Under the pieces are notes generated by a model that did no database searches, was not told the origin of the DNA, and worked only from the letters and a program-made list of their open reading frames with translations. The translations under genes and the position numbers were made by a program. From positions 121,817,686 to 121,881,685 of the forward strand of contig NC_068985.1 of assembly GCF_001194135.2 (NCBI RefSeq): 64,000 nt of DNA, given 5' to 3'. Below are positions 51,790 to 64,000 of the stretch, piece by piece; within the stretch, counting starts at the first letter, position 1, and each line of letters opens with the position of its first letter. This DNA comes from Octopus bimaculoides. Lineage: Eukaryota.

Positions 51790-53400
51790 TTTTTAATCAC
51801 TACAATTGTTTCCACACAATGAAGTTCTCCAGGATTGCAGGTACTTGATTATGCAACTGTTTCCCTGTTGTCCATCAGCAATTCGTCCACAGGGTCCTGC
51901 TCTAAGAATACCTCATTTAGAATACGTGCCATCTCATCTGCAGTGCCTGCCCTCAATTCCCTCCAAATGACCATCCAGCCTGGCCCACAATTGACCATCG
52001 AGAGATATATCCCCTGCCAGTAGTTTGTTATATCCACTGCTAGTCATCTCCAGTTGTGCTCTACCAAAATGTTTCCCTGCTTATGCACACCCAGAGCATG
52101 GTTGATAGATTGTCACCTGTCGCAGTTTCCGACCACCTTTTGGATGCTCTGTCTGGTAACGTCGGCGTCAATCCTCCTGGCAAAATACAGGGTCCTATCC
52201 ATGCCCATGTGATACATGGCATGCAGTCTCCTTAGCTTGGAGTCATTTAACTGACACACTGCGGCTACCCCTTGCTTCAATTCTTCTGGCTCCCCTAACC
52301 AGGCCTTTTTTTTACCCTGGCTACAATTTCGGGTAATATGCCCAGTCTGTTTGCACCAGTAGCAAACTGGTCCAGGCTCCATGCAGTCTGTCACCATGTG
52401 CAGTCCTTGGCACTTAAAACACCAGCTTGTGAATGGCTGCTGTCATTCCACAGCAGGCCTCTTTTCGTCCTTCACTGGCCAGTGCACAGCATCACGGAGT
52501 TCTACAACTGCCATCACCACTGCCCTCTGCCTGGTGTTTTGTGTCAACATGTGGGCTTGAACGATAAGCTCGCTCATCACCATTTTGTTGCAACCTGGTA
52601 AATGTTGTAGTCACACCAACACATCATGGGGAAAGTCATTCACAAAGGCTAGTCACGCTACTTTCTCAAGGCCCTCACCAGACAACACAACCAGCCTCTG
52701 TACCTCCACAGTGTAGTTGTCATCCTGTTCCCCTCTCTATCTGATCATTCCCAGCTTAGCAAAAGCGGCGTACTCTCCATCTATGTAAGCCTCTCTCAAG
52801 CATTGCTCAACCTTCGCTGCGCAGAGTTGTTCTTCTGCATCAATTTCGAGGTACAGTGCCAGTGCACTCCCCTCCAAATACAGCACCACAAGGCTCGCTA
52901 CATCTTCAATGCCTTGTAGCCTGACCACAACTTTGACCTTTCGAATCCAGGCCACCACATCACCTTCACTATAGAAAGGTCTGATGACATCACTGTTGAT
53001 CCTTATCTTTGCTGCCATCATATATCAAGAAGACAATGACATCTATATACAATTGCCGAAATAGCTTGTTATGCATGGGAAATGAAAAGAGATTCATTTA
53101 CCTTTCTCTCTTGTCTGCACCTGTCTAGTAGTAGTCACTCTGGCAATCCTGCCCTACCCAGTCACCCAGTATAAGCAGCTGCTATCTGACCAACCTGGGA
53201 GTGAATTCCCTGATGTCTGTTCATGATGCCTTGGTGGGCAAGAAGAGGCTGACCCTCCCCTGTCACCCGGCACTTCCCTTCTCATGCTTGCTCTTCTGGT
53301 CAGTCCCTTGACCATTGACGTCATGGCGCTCTTCTTCCAGCTCATCCCACAGATTCATTGACTAATCTAGTCTTAGATATACAAAAGATGAGAGATTTAT
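51790..53400 (-). mobile_element. Internally deleted Ty3/gypsy LTR retrotransposon in the FDXR intron
   Basis: Gag-like MMAAKIRINSDVIRPFYSEGDVVAWIRKV..LYLEGSALALY (53021-52737), knuckles CFKCQGLHMVTDC and CYWCKQTGHITRNC, then integrase LHAMYHMG..GNCDR*Q..DITNYWQ..LLMDN. 53050-53400 is a possible 5' LTR/leader; no paired 3' LTR is seen. Confidence 0.85.
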
Positions 53401-53634
53401 GGCTGAAATGCATTTACTCATAGGCCTACTCAACAAGATCTGCCATGGAATTAAAAGACAATAATGGAATTATTAAAAAAAGACCAACTTAATGATAGGA
53501 ATTGAATTACAAATCTTGTACAGATAAGTGTACTAACCATTACATCTGACCAAATTCTTGTCTTTTTTTCAAATTAATCTTGAAAAGTTTGTCTACAGTT
53601 GTAAGCATTTAGCTCAAAACAAACTTATACTCTT

Positions 53635-53846
53635 TACTCTTTTACTCTTTTACTTGTTTCAGTAATTTGACTGTGGCCATGCTGGAGCACTGCCTTTAGT
53701 TCAACAAGGACTTATTCTTTGTAAGCCTAGTACTTATTCTATCGGTCTCTTTTGCCGAACCGCTACGTTACGGGGACGTAAACACACCACCATCGGTTGT
53801 CAAGCGATGTTGGGGGGGGACAAACACAGACACACAAACATATACA

Positions 53847-53887
<41 letters not shown>

Positions 53888-54058
53888 ATACATACAATGG
53901 GCTTCTTTCAGTTTCCGTCTACCAAATCCACTCACAAGGCTTTGGTCGGTCCAAGGCTATAGTAGAAGACACTTGCCCAAGGTGCCACGCAGTGGGAATG
54001 AACCTGGAACCATGTGGTTGGTAAGCAAACTACTTACCACACAGCCACTCCTGCGCCT
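53635..54058 (-). mobile_element. SINE family A, young full-length copy with (TTTACTC)n tail
   Basis: CpGs retained; homologous to 1263-1630. Confidence 0.88.
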
Positions 54059-54529
54059 CATATATATATATTTCACTAGGAATTTGCTCAGGAATTTAGT
54101 CAGTTGGAGTTTTGTTTTTTAATACAATAAGATATCCTACCTTCATTCAGTGTATAGGCAAAAATCACCCTCTCATAGTGTGAATAATTCATAAATTAAT
54201 GTACAAGTTGCTTTTTGTTTTTTTGCTTTTTTTTTGTTACATATATAAGCAATAATCTAATGGTGTGTGTTTGTAACAACAGATCTTCTGCTGACAGAAA
54301 TCAGGTCATACATTTCTCACTTGCTTGGATTAGGTGTGAGCTCCTTGACTGTTGTTGTGACACACATTCCTACATTTCTTGCCCATGACATCTCAGTTGC
54401 ATTGGTTTGGGATGAAGTCAGGACAATATTCCACTAAATTCTAAGACTAAACACTAGAATAATACTATTACAAACTCTCAAATTAATTCAAAACAAGTAC
54501 TACAACAAAACTAGAACAAATACACTGTA

Positions 54530-54660
54530 ATAAACTTGAGAACATACTAGAATAAACACTAGAATAAACACTAGAATAAACACTAGAATAAACACTAGAA
54601 TAACACTAAAATAACACTAAAATAACACTAGAACAATACTTTAGAACAATACTTTAACAA
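54530..54660. repeat. 12-bp tandem repeat (taaacactagaa)n
   Basis: Five exact units followed by degenerate units. Confidence 0.9.
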
Positions 54661-55087
54661 ATTAATAAAGGAACACTAGCAAAAAAGAAAACACTTAATG
54701 CTGAAAACAAATGTTAAATTAATACTTGTGTAAATACTTGAACAAACATTGAATCGGACATGCGAATAAATAGAAAGCAGTAGCATAATACACCCTAGTT
54801 GTTGGAGAGAATGTTTCTTTACATCTTGTCAACTTTAATTATTTCAACAGTGAAATGAGAGGAATAGCAATGGGAAAGAAAAGCAGATTAATTGTAAAGT
54901 AGTAGGATCTGAGGAAACTAATGATAGTACAAGAAGTAACAACATGGAATAAGTTAGTTATTCCTTTAGAGTAAGCCTTGTCTTGTGCTAATGGAAAAAT
55001 ACAATGGTTGTAGCAAGGTCTGAGCTCTTAGCCATGTGGTCTATATTCCAACATCTTAAAATCACAGTTCTTAAATTAGTATCCATT

Positions 55088-55600
55088 GCTTGGTCTTCTG
55101 ACATCTATTGCTTGTTTTTCTGATATCCTCATATTTATCACTTGATCTGTGGACACCTATCATTTGTTCTGCAGATGTCTGCTGCTTGATATGCTGACAT
55201 TTACTGTTTGTTTCTCTAACATCTATGTTTTGATCCTCTGGTATCTAGAGCTTGACCCACTGACATCTGCTACTTGGTCCTCTGGCATCTACAGCTTGGT
55301 GTGCTGACATTTGCCACTTGATCCTTTAGCATCCACTACTTAATTTTTGACATTTACTTTCTGATCCACTGATATCTACAAGTTTATCTACTGACATCTA
55401 CTTCTTGATAATGTGACATCTGCTGTTTGAACTGTTGATATTTGCCATTTGATCCTCTGGTATATACTGCTAGATCTACTGACATCTGTGGCTTGATCTG
55501 CTAACATCCACTATTTGATCCTCTGACAACTACTGTTTTATCTGCTGCTTGATCCTCTAACACTTACAGCTTGATCTGTTGACATATACTGTTTGATTCT
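55088..55600. repeat. Degenerate ~21-bp minisatellite (consensus ~ttgatcctctgacatctactgc)
   Basis: Recurrent ttgatc / ctgacat / actg words at ~21-nt spacing over ~500 bp. Confidence 0.8.
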
Positions 55601-55779
55601 CTTATAAACATTGCTTATAAGTGGTGAATTGGGTTAGACACTTGAACACAGTTAAAACAAATGTCTTGTAGCATTTGTTCCAACTCTGCGTACTGTTTGT
55701 TCAAATCCTATCAAGTCAACTCTGTCTTAGATCCTTCCTTTCAAAGTCAATAATGTACCAGTCCAATAATAGGGCCCCC

Positions 55780-55893
<114 letters not shown>

Positions 55894-56265
55894 AATTGGC
55901 TATGGCCAGACCTACAGTGGGCTAGGTCCTATCAGGCTAAATAGTCAAAGCAAGTTGAGTGTCATAACATCATTATGAATCCATTAGGACTGAAGGCTCA
56001 AAGAAGGCAGGATCTATTGTTCTATCTGCTGGCATCTGTTGCTTGATGTTGAGCACCAAGAGAACCCTGACAGAACAGATGTATTTTACCTGATCAAGGA
56101 CATTACAACCTTGATTATTCCATCTTTTTAGTGGGTATGTAGGACTACATGTATGTGTATGTGTGTGTGTGTGTCTATGTATGTGTGTGATTAACTTATG
56201 TTAGTTTGCATTTTTATCTTTAGATAACTTTAATACCTCTTTTGCTTTCTTCCTTTCCTGAACAG

Positions 56266-56361
56266 GGAGATGCGTCTGTAGAAGTGGACATTTATGAACG
56301 TCTTCCAGTGCCTTTTGGATTAGTTCGATATGGGGTGGCACCTGACCACCCTGAAGTAAAA
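56266..56361 (+). CDS. FDXR: NADPH:adrenodoxin oxidoreductase, next coding exon
   Basis: [32 protein letters not shown] matches the FDXR motif [27 protein letters not shown] pyrimidine tract plus cag acceptor ends at 56265, phase 0, in frame with the 50922-51065 exon. It is followed by gcaagt (probable GC donor). Later exons were not found in the window. Confidence 0.95.
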
Positions 56362-59300
56362 GCAAGTATTCTATATATATATATATATCTTAAATTCTTT
56401 TTTAATTCTATATATATTAAATTCTATTTTTGAAAATGTTAGTGTTGAAACTCTTCATATCTATCTTGTCTTGTTGTGTAGTCCTAGACGAACCCTGATT
56501 AAGCAGACCTAGATCATTCTTTTCTTTTTCTCAGGTATATCACATTCAAGACTACATTCAATGTGTCCCTCTTTTTAAAGAGAGCTGGGCATTGTTGGAG
56601 GCATATCTTGCTGCTATTTCTTGCGAATTGACTTAATACATAAAGGCTTCCTTGTAGGCTTGTACAAGTTTTACTTATTGTTTATCCTTAGTCAGCTCTG
56701 GTTGTGCAGATGTTTGATTAAGGCCTTCCAGCCATGACCTTCTCATCTTTTAGTATATCAAAGACATATTCGTGGTGATCGGGGATTTTCAAAAATATAA
56801 TATAAGGCTTTAGAAAATTCATACTAATCAGTTACAGATGTATGACTGTATGGGTAAGAAGCTTGCTTCCCAACCATGTGGTCTTGGGTTCAGTCATACT
56901 GTTTGGAATCTTGAACAAATGTCTACTACAATACCCCCAAGCTCGTTCTGGGAATGTGACAAACTTACTTTTATCAAACCAACAAGCTGGGCATAGCCAT
57001 TACTCATAAGTGTGTTTGACTTGATATAAGTACTTTGCTCATTGTTTTGATAAAAATGAGTTGTACCTGCAATTCAAAAGGCCAACCTTGTCACATTCCA
57101 TGTTATGCTGAATTTCCCTGAGAACTACATTAATGGTATGTGTGTCTCTGGAGTGCTCAGCCACATGCATGTTAATTTCACGAGCAAGTTGTTATGTTGA
57201 TTGGATCAACTGGAACCTTCATCGTTGTAACAGATAGAGTGCTTTTTTTTAGATACTTATGTGGTCACAAGCAGACAGAGACACCTTCTCAGCCTTGGTA
57301 ACTATTCCAAACCCCCACTTTGACTTTCCTGTCTCTTATCATTACAGGTGTGTTTTACACTGCTCAGCTTTGTCCAACCCTTTCTTCTCAGAATGTCACC
57401 CTCTAGAGTATTTTCCCTGCTCATGTATTTCTTGCAGGTCTACTTCAGTTTAAACAAAATAAATATCAAACTCACTGACCTTAAAGGGTCTGCAAAAGCC
57501 ACCAGGTAAGGCTTTCCTGCAGACTCAACAAACAAATAAAAACAAAATTATGCACGTTATCACCTTCATTTTGATGTGCTTGTGTTATACCAAGATGTAT
57601 GTTATATTCAAGGTGTCACATAAAAAGCACTGGTGATGGTGCCACATTAAAAACACCCACTACACCCTGTAAAGTGGTTGGCATTAAGGAAGGCATCTAG
57701 CTGTAGTAACCAAACCAAAATAGAGTATGGAACTTGGTGCGGCCCCTGGCCTTGCCAGTTCTTGTCAAGCTGTCCAGCATAGAAAACAGCATGTCAGCAT
57801 GGAAAACAGACGTTAAATGTTGATGATGATGAAGAGGAGGATCAGCATCCTGGTCTACTTAACATGTGTTGTGCTCTCACTCCCTTTACCCACTTACTCT
57901 GGTTCTTCTTTCATTGCTATATCTCTTCTATTCACTCTCTTGGTTTTGTTTACTTTGAACAAATGGAGACACTATGAAGCAATGAGGACTCTTTAGATTA
58001 TGGCACACAAGGCAACCTCACTAGTATTGATGCCACAATAAAATGCACTTAGTTCACTCTGTAATGTGGTAGGTGCAAGGGAGAATATTTGGGTGTAGAA
58101 ACCATGCCAAAACTGGAATGCATGAGCAGGATGTGGTCCTCCGACTCATCTCAGAAGGTAAATTACTCTGCATAAGTACTAACTTGGTATAATCAATGCC
58201 ATCATAGAAAGCAGCCATATGATGATGACAGAAATGATGACAGCAGTAGTGGCAGCAGCAGCAGCAGTAGAAGCAGCAACAACAATAGCAATGAGGGCAA
58301 CAATCCTACCAAATGATAAAAAAAAAACAAAAGGAATTCCAAAATCATATTAATACCAAAGTTCAAGAGTTACATTGACTATGGCTGAATTATAAACAGA
58401 AATGAAGAGATAAAGATAAAATGGGAATATTAGTTCTAAATAAGTTCCTTATCTCTCTCTTGTACAGAGAACCAGCATTACACCCTCTCCCCACTTATGC
58501 TACTACTGTTCCATTGTTAATTGGGTGCGACATCTGTTATCCATTTATTCACATGCCATTCCTTTTGTTTGTTATTATTTGCCCCTTCTCTCTCCACCTC
58601 TGGCTATTTTTATTATTGTTGTTGTTGTTAGCATAAAACAGGAATAGAGATTGATCTCTCCTAAGAGGTAGCTTACTAAGGTTTACAGATTGACTTAAAA
58701 ACATTGTAGTGTGTATGTGTGTGTGAGGGAGGGAGAGAGAGAGAGAGAGAGAGATGCTTGTGTATGTCCGTATGTGTGTTTTGCTTTGCCTTGAGCCCTC
58801 AACTCCTGATGAAATCAGAAAGGCATACCTACAATGCCTTGGTCATCTGAATCTTGTTGAGTACTTCTCTCTCAAGGGAAAGAAAGAGGTGAAAAGAGAG
58901 AGGACTCCATCATTTAAACTGCTAACACCATTTGAGCAATGATAGTATCTAACATCTACAGCTACCTCTGTTGTATTCTCTCCTCCCTCTCATCGTTATT
59001 CATGCTGACCCAGACCAACAGTAACCTTCCAATTCTGAGCCTTTACATAAGTAGTTGCTTAACCTGTTAGAAATAGCAACAACATTTCTTCAAATAATAC
59101 CCTACTGTCTTTATAAAACAAAATAAAGCAGATGTATGTGTGGCTGCATGGTAAGAAGTTTGCTTCCCAGCTTCCAAACCACATGGTTCTGGGTTCAATC
59201 CCACTGCATGGGCAAATGTCTTCTATTCTCATTCTGAGTCAACCAAAGGCTTGTGAAAAGATCTGGTAGATCATGATTCTAGGTTTTGTTTTTATGCCTG

Positions 59301-61117
59301 GTGTTTATTCTCTCATTCAGCTACAGAATTAGACAAGAAATTTCAAGCATGGAAGTAAACTACAGTTCATTAAGTAAAAGGACAAAAATGTGTTGATCCA
59401 TGATTCAGTCCATTATATCAAAATAGTTTATCGACCTTTGATACCAATAGTTGGTCAATGTATTTGATTTCTAGGTAAGCTAGGATTGAAAGTTGTGATG
59501 TTCATAACTTCTGTAAATGGCTCATAACAGTATAAAAGATGGAAGTGAGCTACAACTGAGAAGTAAAATGAAACCACAACCTTAATTTAGTAACTCACCT
59601 TCTCAACTTACTCTCAAGCCTTTCCTACCCCCCCCCCCCACATCTACCTGTATGTGTTTCCAATCATGACTGACACAAGACTAATTATTGAGGCTTTGCT
59701 TTGTTATTCATATAGTGAAACATAATTAACAAGACTTATGGATTGGGTAAATGCAATTATAACACTTCTGACACATGCATCAAACACATTTCTTTTTAGT
59801 TTCAGTGACACTCCCCTCCTTGTTTGCATACCACTTAATTCCTTGAACTTCTCATAGCAAACAGCCTCACTGAAAATGACCCATCATCTCCATTCAACAC
59901 ACTCCTTTTGTAATGAAATATTTTAACACCTTTTACCTTCATGACATTTCCCAGCTAAAGCTCAAATAACTTGGCTCTCTATCTGTAACTCCTTCCATAC
60001 ACAATTAAACAATTAATTGTAACCATTACATTAGTCAATAATAGTTAATAACCCTCTCACACTATTACATTTTCAATGAAACCATCACCACCACCACTAC
60101 CACCATTGTCGGCATCATTATTGCTTTAACATCTACTTTTGCATGAGTGAGACAAAATTCATCGAGGCATATCTTATACAACTGGATACTCCTCCTACCG
60201 CCAACTTTTGTCTGTTTGCAAGTAAGGTAATATTTCTCCTAGCCATATATCTGTGGAATACTCAACTACTTAACGTATTAATTTAATGAATATGTAATTC
60301 ACTTAAACAGTGAAGTACTCTTTGTCAAAACTGATGCTATATATCACTTAGTTGTATACACACACACACACATACACACACACACACGTACACACACACA
60401 CACACACACACACGTACACACTGTAAAGAGGGAGCCTCTACAGGGTTTATCAATCTGCTAGAAATAACAAACCAAAATTTCCTTCAACTTCCATACTATC
60501 AACTTAAAAAGGATCATGGATAGATTGGTCCAAGGTAACAATACTATGCAGGAAAAAAAATGGGATGGTCATTTCTGGAATGCCTTTGATTATAGGATTA
60601 GCCAAGGATTAAATAAACAACAACCAAAATATAAATTCACAACCACATACACTTAACTATCTATTACTTAAAATTCCAACTCAAAATATATATAATAATC
60701 TAGTTGCTTTCAGCTGTTCTAGCTTTACAATATCTACTGCTTGTCATCTATTCAAGAATAGTTTATTGCCCTGACTCGGGGCCAACAATATAAGATGGAA
60801 ACAAAACAAAAAAGATAAATATTATTACTAGCACTAATGTAGCTTTTAGCTAGATAACTCTATTGACAATGCTTTTGTAGTGAAGGGAGTTTTAATACAG
60901 CATGTGTTATGAATAAATTCTGTAATAGAGTACCAAGTACAAATGTATGTTATAGAGTACTTACCAATACAATATGGATTATGAATAAACCCTGTATTTA
61001 AGAGAGTACTGTCCAACACGATAGAACACCAATCAATGGGTTATGAATTAATTCTGTACTTAAATGTGTACCAATCAATACAATACAATTATGAATAAAT
61101 TCTTTTATTTAGAGAGT

Positions 61118-61410
61118 GAGGCTCACAATCATGAGATAGTGAGTTCAGTTCCCAGACTGGGCTGTGTGTTGTGTTTTTGAGCAAGATGCTTTATTTCATG
61201 TTGCTCCAGCTCACCCAGCTGTAGAAATGAGTTGTGACATCACTGGTGCCAAGCTGTATTAGCCGCTGCCTTTCCCTTGGATAACATCGGTGGTGTGGAA
61301 AGGGGAGGCTGGTATGCATGGACAACTGCTGGTCTTCCATAAACAACCTTGCCCAGACTTGTACCTCAAAGGGTAACTTTCTACGTGCAATTCCTTGGTC
61401 ATTCATGACC
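61118..61410 (+). mobile_element. SINE family C, 5'-truncated
   Basis: Homologous to 44898-45205. Confidence 0.8.
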
Positions 61411-62799
61411 AAAGGGGGTTTTTACCTTTCACCAACAAATATAACATGAATGAATAAATACTGTAGCATGGGAGATAGAATTGATTATCATTACAAAATA
61501 AAAATTCATTTGTTTTGCTTTAAAAATGTTGCAACTGTGATGCAAATATTTAATACCTTTTACATTCATTTAAGTTGTACAGTGTGGGAGCACGTGGAAT
61601 AGTGGTTAGGGTGTTGGGCTCATGAGATTGTGGGTTTAGTTATTGGTTTAGGTGACGTGTTGTGTGCTTGAATCAGCCACTTCATTTCATGCTGCTCCAG
61701 TCTACTCAAATGAAAATGAGTACCAATCTGGAGTTTGGTGCAGCCTTCTGGTCTTTCAGCTGTCACATCCTCAATGTTCTGCTGGGTCAATGGGTGAGAG
61801 GGCCATGAAATTGGGTGAGAGACCCCAGTTAGGAACTCATTTGCATACAGCCAATCAGAGCTCAACTATCAAACTAATTTATAAGTGCATAACAAGTGAT
61901 GGGTGATAAAATAAGGTCACTTGGATAAGGAATGACCATGCTTCTTTTCTCTTTTAATAATGTTTGTTGTTTTTGTTCTTGTTCCAACCATGGCTGCCTC
62001 TGCATAATTATTTGTGTTGTTGTTTACTTTGTAAAACAGTAATGGGAGAGGGTTGCTAGCACATCACCCTCCACCCACACTTTTCCCATCCACATCTTTA
62101 CTATAAGGGATCCTAACAAAACCCAATTATAGGTACAGATGCAAATCTGTCAAATTACTTGTCTCCTTCTAAAGTAAGGCATAATTTGGCGATCGGTCAA
62201 CTACAACACCGTTCTTCATCTTGAGTTTACTTGGTAGAGTATTTTTTACAAATAGATTGGTTGTTTTTAACACATTTGCAAATGTTATGTTGTGCTTTGC
62301 TTCTAGGCATAATCTGAAAGCTGAATGGATCTGATCCTTTGTTATCCACATGGCTGCCTCTGTGTAGTTGTTTGTGTACAACAAGGTGAAGGTGAGCTCT
62401 GATTGGCTGTATGCAAATGAGCTCATTACTGGGGTCTAGAACTCTTGTGGGAAAAAAAATTTCACTAGAGGGTCAGCCAAGAGAATGTTTACATCTGCTC
62501 ATGATTACATAAGCACTTAGAACAATTACCAAAAGTATAGTGCAAGCTCCTAGGTCGTGCTGACTTGTGAGTGATAGGTGTAGTTTTAAAATTTGCCAAT
62601 AATACAAGGCTACCAAACAACTCTTGGATTGTCAATGTCTAGCTTTAATAGCTGCTCCTTAAGTTAATGGGGTTTTTTCCCAATTCTCAATAACATGCTC
62701 TTTACCATACAATTTAAAAAAAAAAACCCAAACTCAAAGATACTCAATTATAATAAAGTGATATATTCTAATATCAGTGTAAGATAGACTGATACATTA

Positions 62800-63590
62800 T
62801 ATCATGTCATTAAGAATGAAATGTCCAATTTTGAACTGAAAGTTTATTTTACTTTATCGCAACAAAAATCAGTGCAGTTAATCAAAGTATGCACCTAAAT
62901 TATCAACACAATTTTGCCATTTTATCGGTAGCTTATTTATGCTGGCAGCGAAGAATTCTGGAGTGCAAGAGGTGATGAAATCATGAAAGGCTGTTTTTGC
63001 ATCTTCTTCAGATTTGAAGTTTTTTCCTTACAAAAAGTTGTCTAATGCCTGGAAAACATGATAGTCAGTTGGTGCAAGGTCTGTTGAATATGGTGGATGA
63101 CAGAGTAATTCCAAGTTCAGTTCCTGTAACTTGAGTAGTGTTCCTTATGCAACATGTCATTGAGCATTGTCTTGCAATAGAATTGGCCTGTCTCTATTGA
63201 CCAATTGTGGTTGTTTAATTGCAAGTTCACTCATCATTTCATCCAATTGGTTCATGTATACATCCACTGTAATTGACTTACCAGGTCTCATGATGCTGTA
63301 GTGGATGACACCAGCACTGGACCGCCAAACAGACACCATTAGCTTTTTTTGGTGAATATTCTCTTTTGGATTGTGTTTTGGTGCTTCGTCTTCATCCAAC
63401 CACCATGCAGAATGCTTGCTACTGTTGAAAAGAATCCATTTTTCATCACATGTAACAATACAATGCAACAATGGTTTGCTTTTATGCTGTGACAGCAAAG
63501 AACAGCAAGTTTCAAGATGGTGTGTCATTTGATGCGCATTCAGTTCATGTGGTACCCACTTGTCCAGCTGATTTGTTTCAGTTATCAGAC
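62800..63590 (-). mobile_element. Mariner (DD34D) transposase 3' half with terminal repeat
   Basis: IVTCDEKWILF, HQKKLMVSVW, ILLQDNA, CHPPYSTDLAPTDYH and KWQNCVDNLGAYFD; TIR-like gtcattaagaatgaaatgtccaattttg near 62806. The 5' half is lost next to a SINE. Confidence 0.92.
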
Positions 63591-63605
63591 CAAGGCCGTG
63601 CTGAT

Positions 63606-63950
63606 TTGTTTCAGATGGCCATGCTGGGGCACTTCCTTGAATTTTTAGTCAAGTGAATCAACCCCAGTACTTATTTTTAAAGCCTGATACTTATTCTATC
63701 AGTCTCTTATGCTGAACTGCTAAGTTACCGGGACACAAACACACCGACACCGGTTGTCGGGCAGCGGTGGGGCACAAACACAGACACACAAAACACACAA
63801 ATATATACATATATGTATGTATATGTATGTATGATAGGTTTTTTTCAGTTTCTGTCTACCAAATCCACTCACAAGACTTTGGTCGACCTGATGCTTTAGT
63901 AGAAGACACTTGCCCAAGGTGTCACAGAGTGGGACTGAACCTGGAACCAT
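63606..63950 (-). mobile_element. SINE family A
   Basis: Homologous to 1263-1630. Confidence 0.8.
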
Positions 63951-64000
63951 TATATACATCTGTATATCTATCTATCTATCTATCTATCTATATATATATA

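Noticed and set aside
54530-54660. CRISPR-like regular array
   Set aside because: A head-to-tail 12-mer with no spacers, in a eukaryotic context.
57438-57505. Exon-like segment with strong splice sites, phase-compatible with FDXR
   Set aside because: VYFSLNKINIKLTDLKGSAKAT does not resemble the expected NVINTF.. exon, and the opposite strand looks like a decayed LINE endonuclease. At most a cryptic exon.

Overview
This is AT-rich, repeat-dominated animal genomic DNA with five scaffold N-gaps. The SINE, LINE and microsatellite complement looks like Octopus (inference from repeat families; not verified by search). The only host gene I can support is the 5' part of mitochondrial NADPH:adrenodoxin oxidoreductase (FDXR) on the + strand. 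It has two coding exons, 50922-51065 (missed by the ORF track) and 56266-56361, a probable GC-AG intron, and a GC-box/ETS promoter candidate near 48.55 kb. The rest is transposon relics: RTE LINEs, Penelope-like elements, R4/Dong-like LINE pieces, a full-length dead hAT with TIRs and an 8-bp TSD, two mariner derivatives, an internally deleted Ty3/gypsy, Helentron-like and fold-back elements, and many tRNA-derived SINEs. The most interesting observations are three. (1) A minimal type-I hammerhead ribozyme at 33515-33559 is followed by a ~140-nt structured domain; a second copy at 51482-51639 shows compensatory stem changes, and its ribozyme core is predicted to lie in the adjacent N-gap. (2) A TIR element (49465-50224, AT TSD) carries a SAP-domain plus SWIM-like ORF just upstream of the first FDXR coding exon. 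(3) A perfect 315-bp palindrome lies at 11161-11475.
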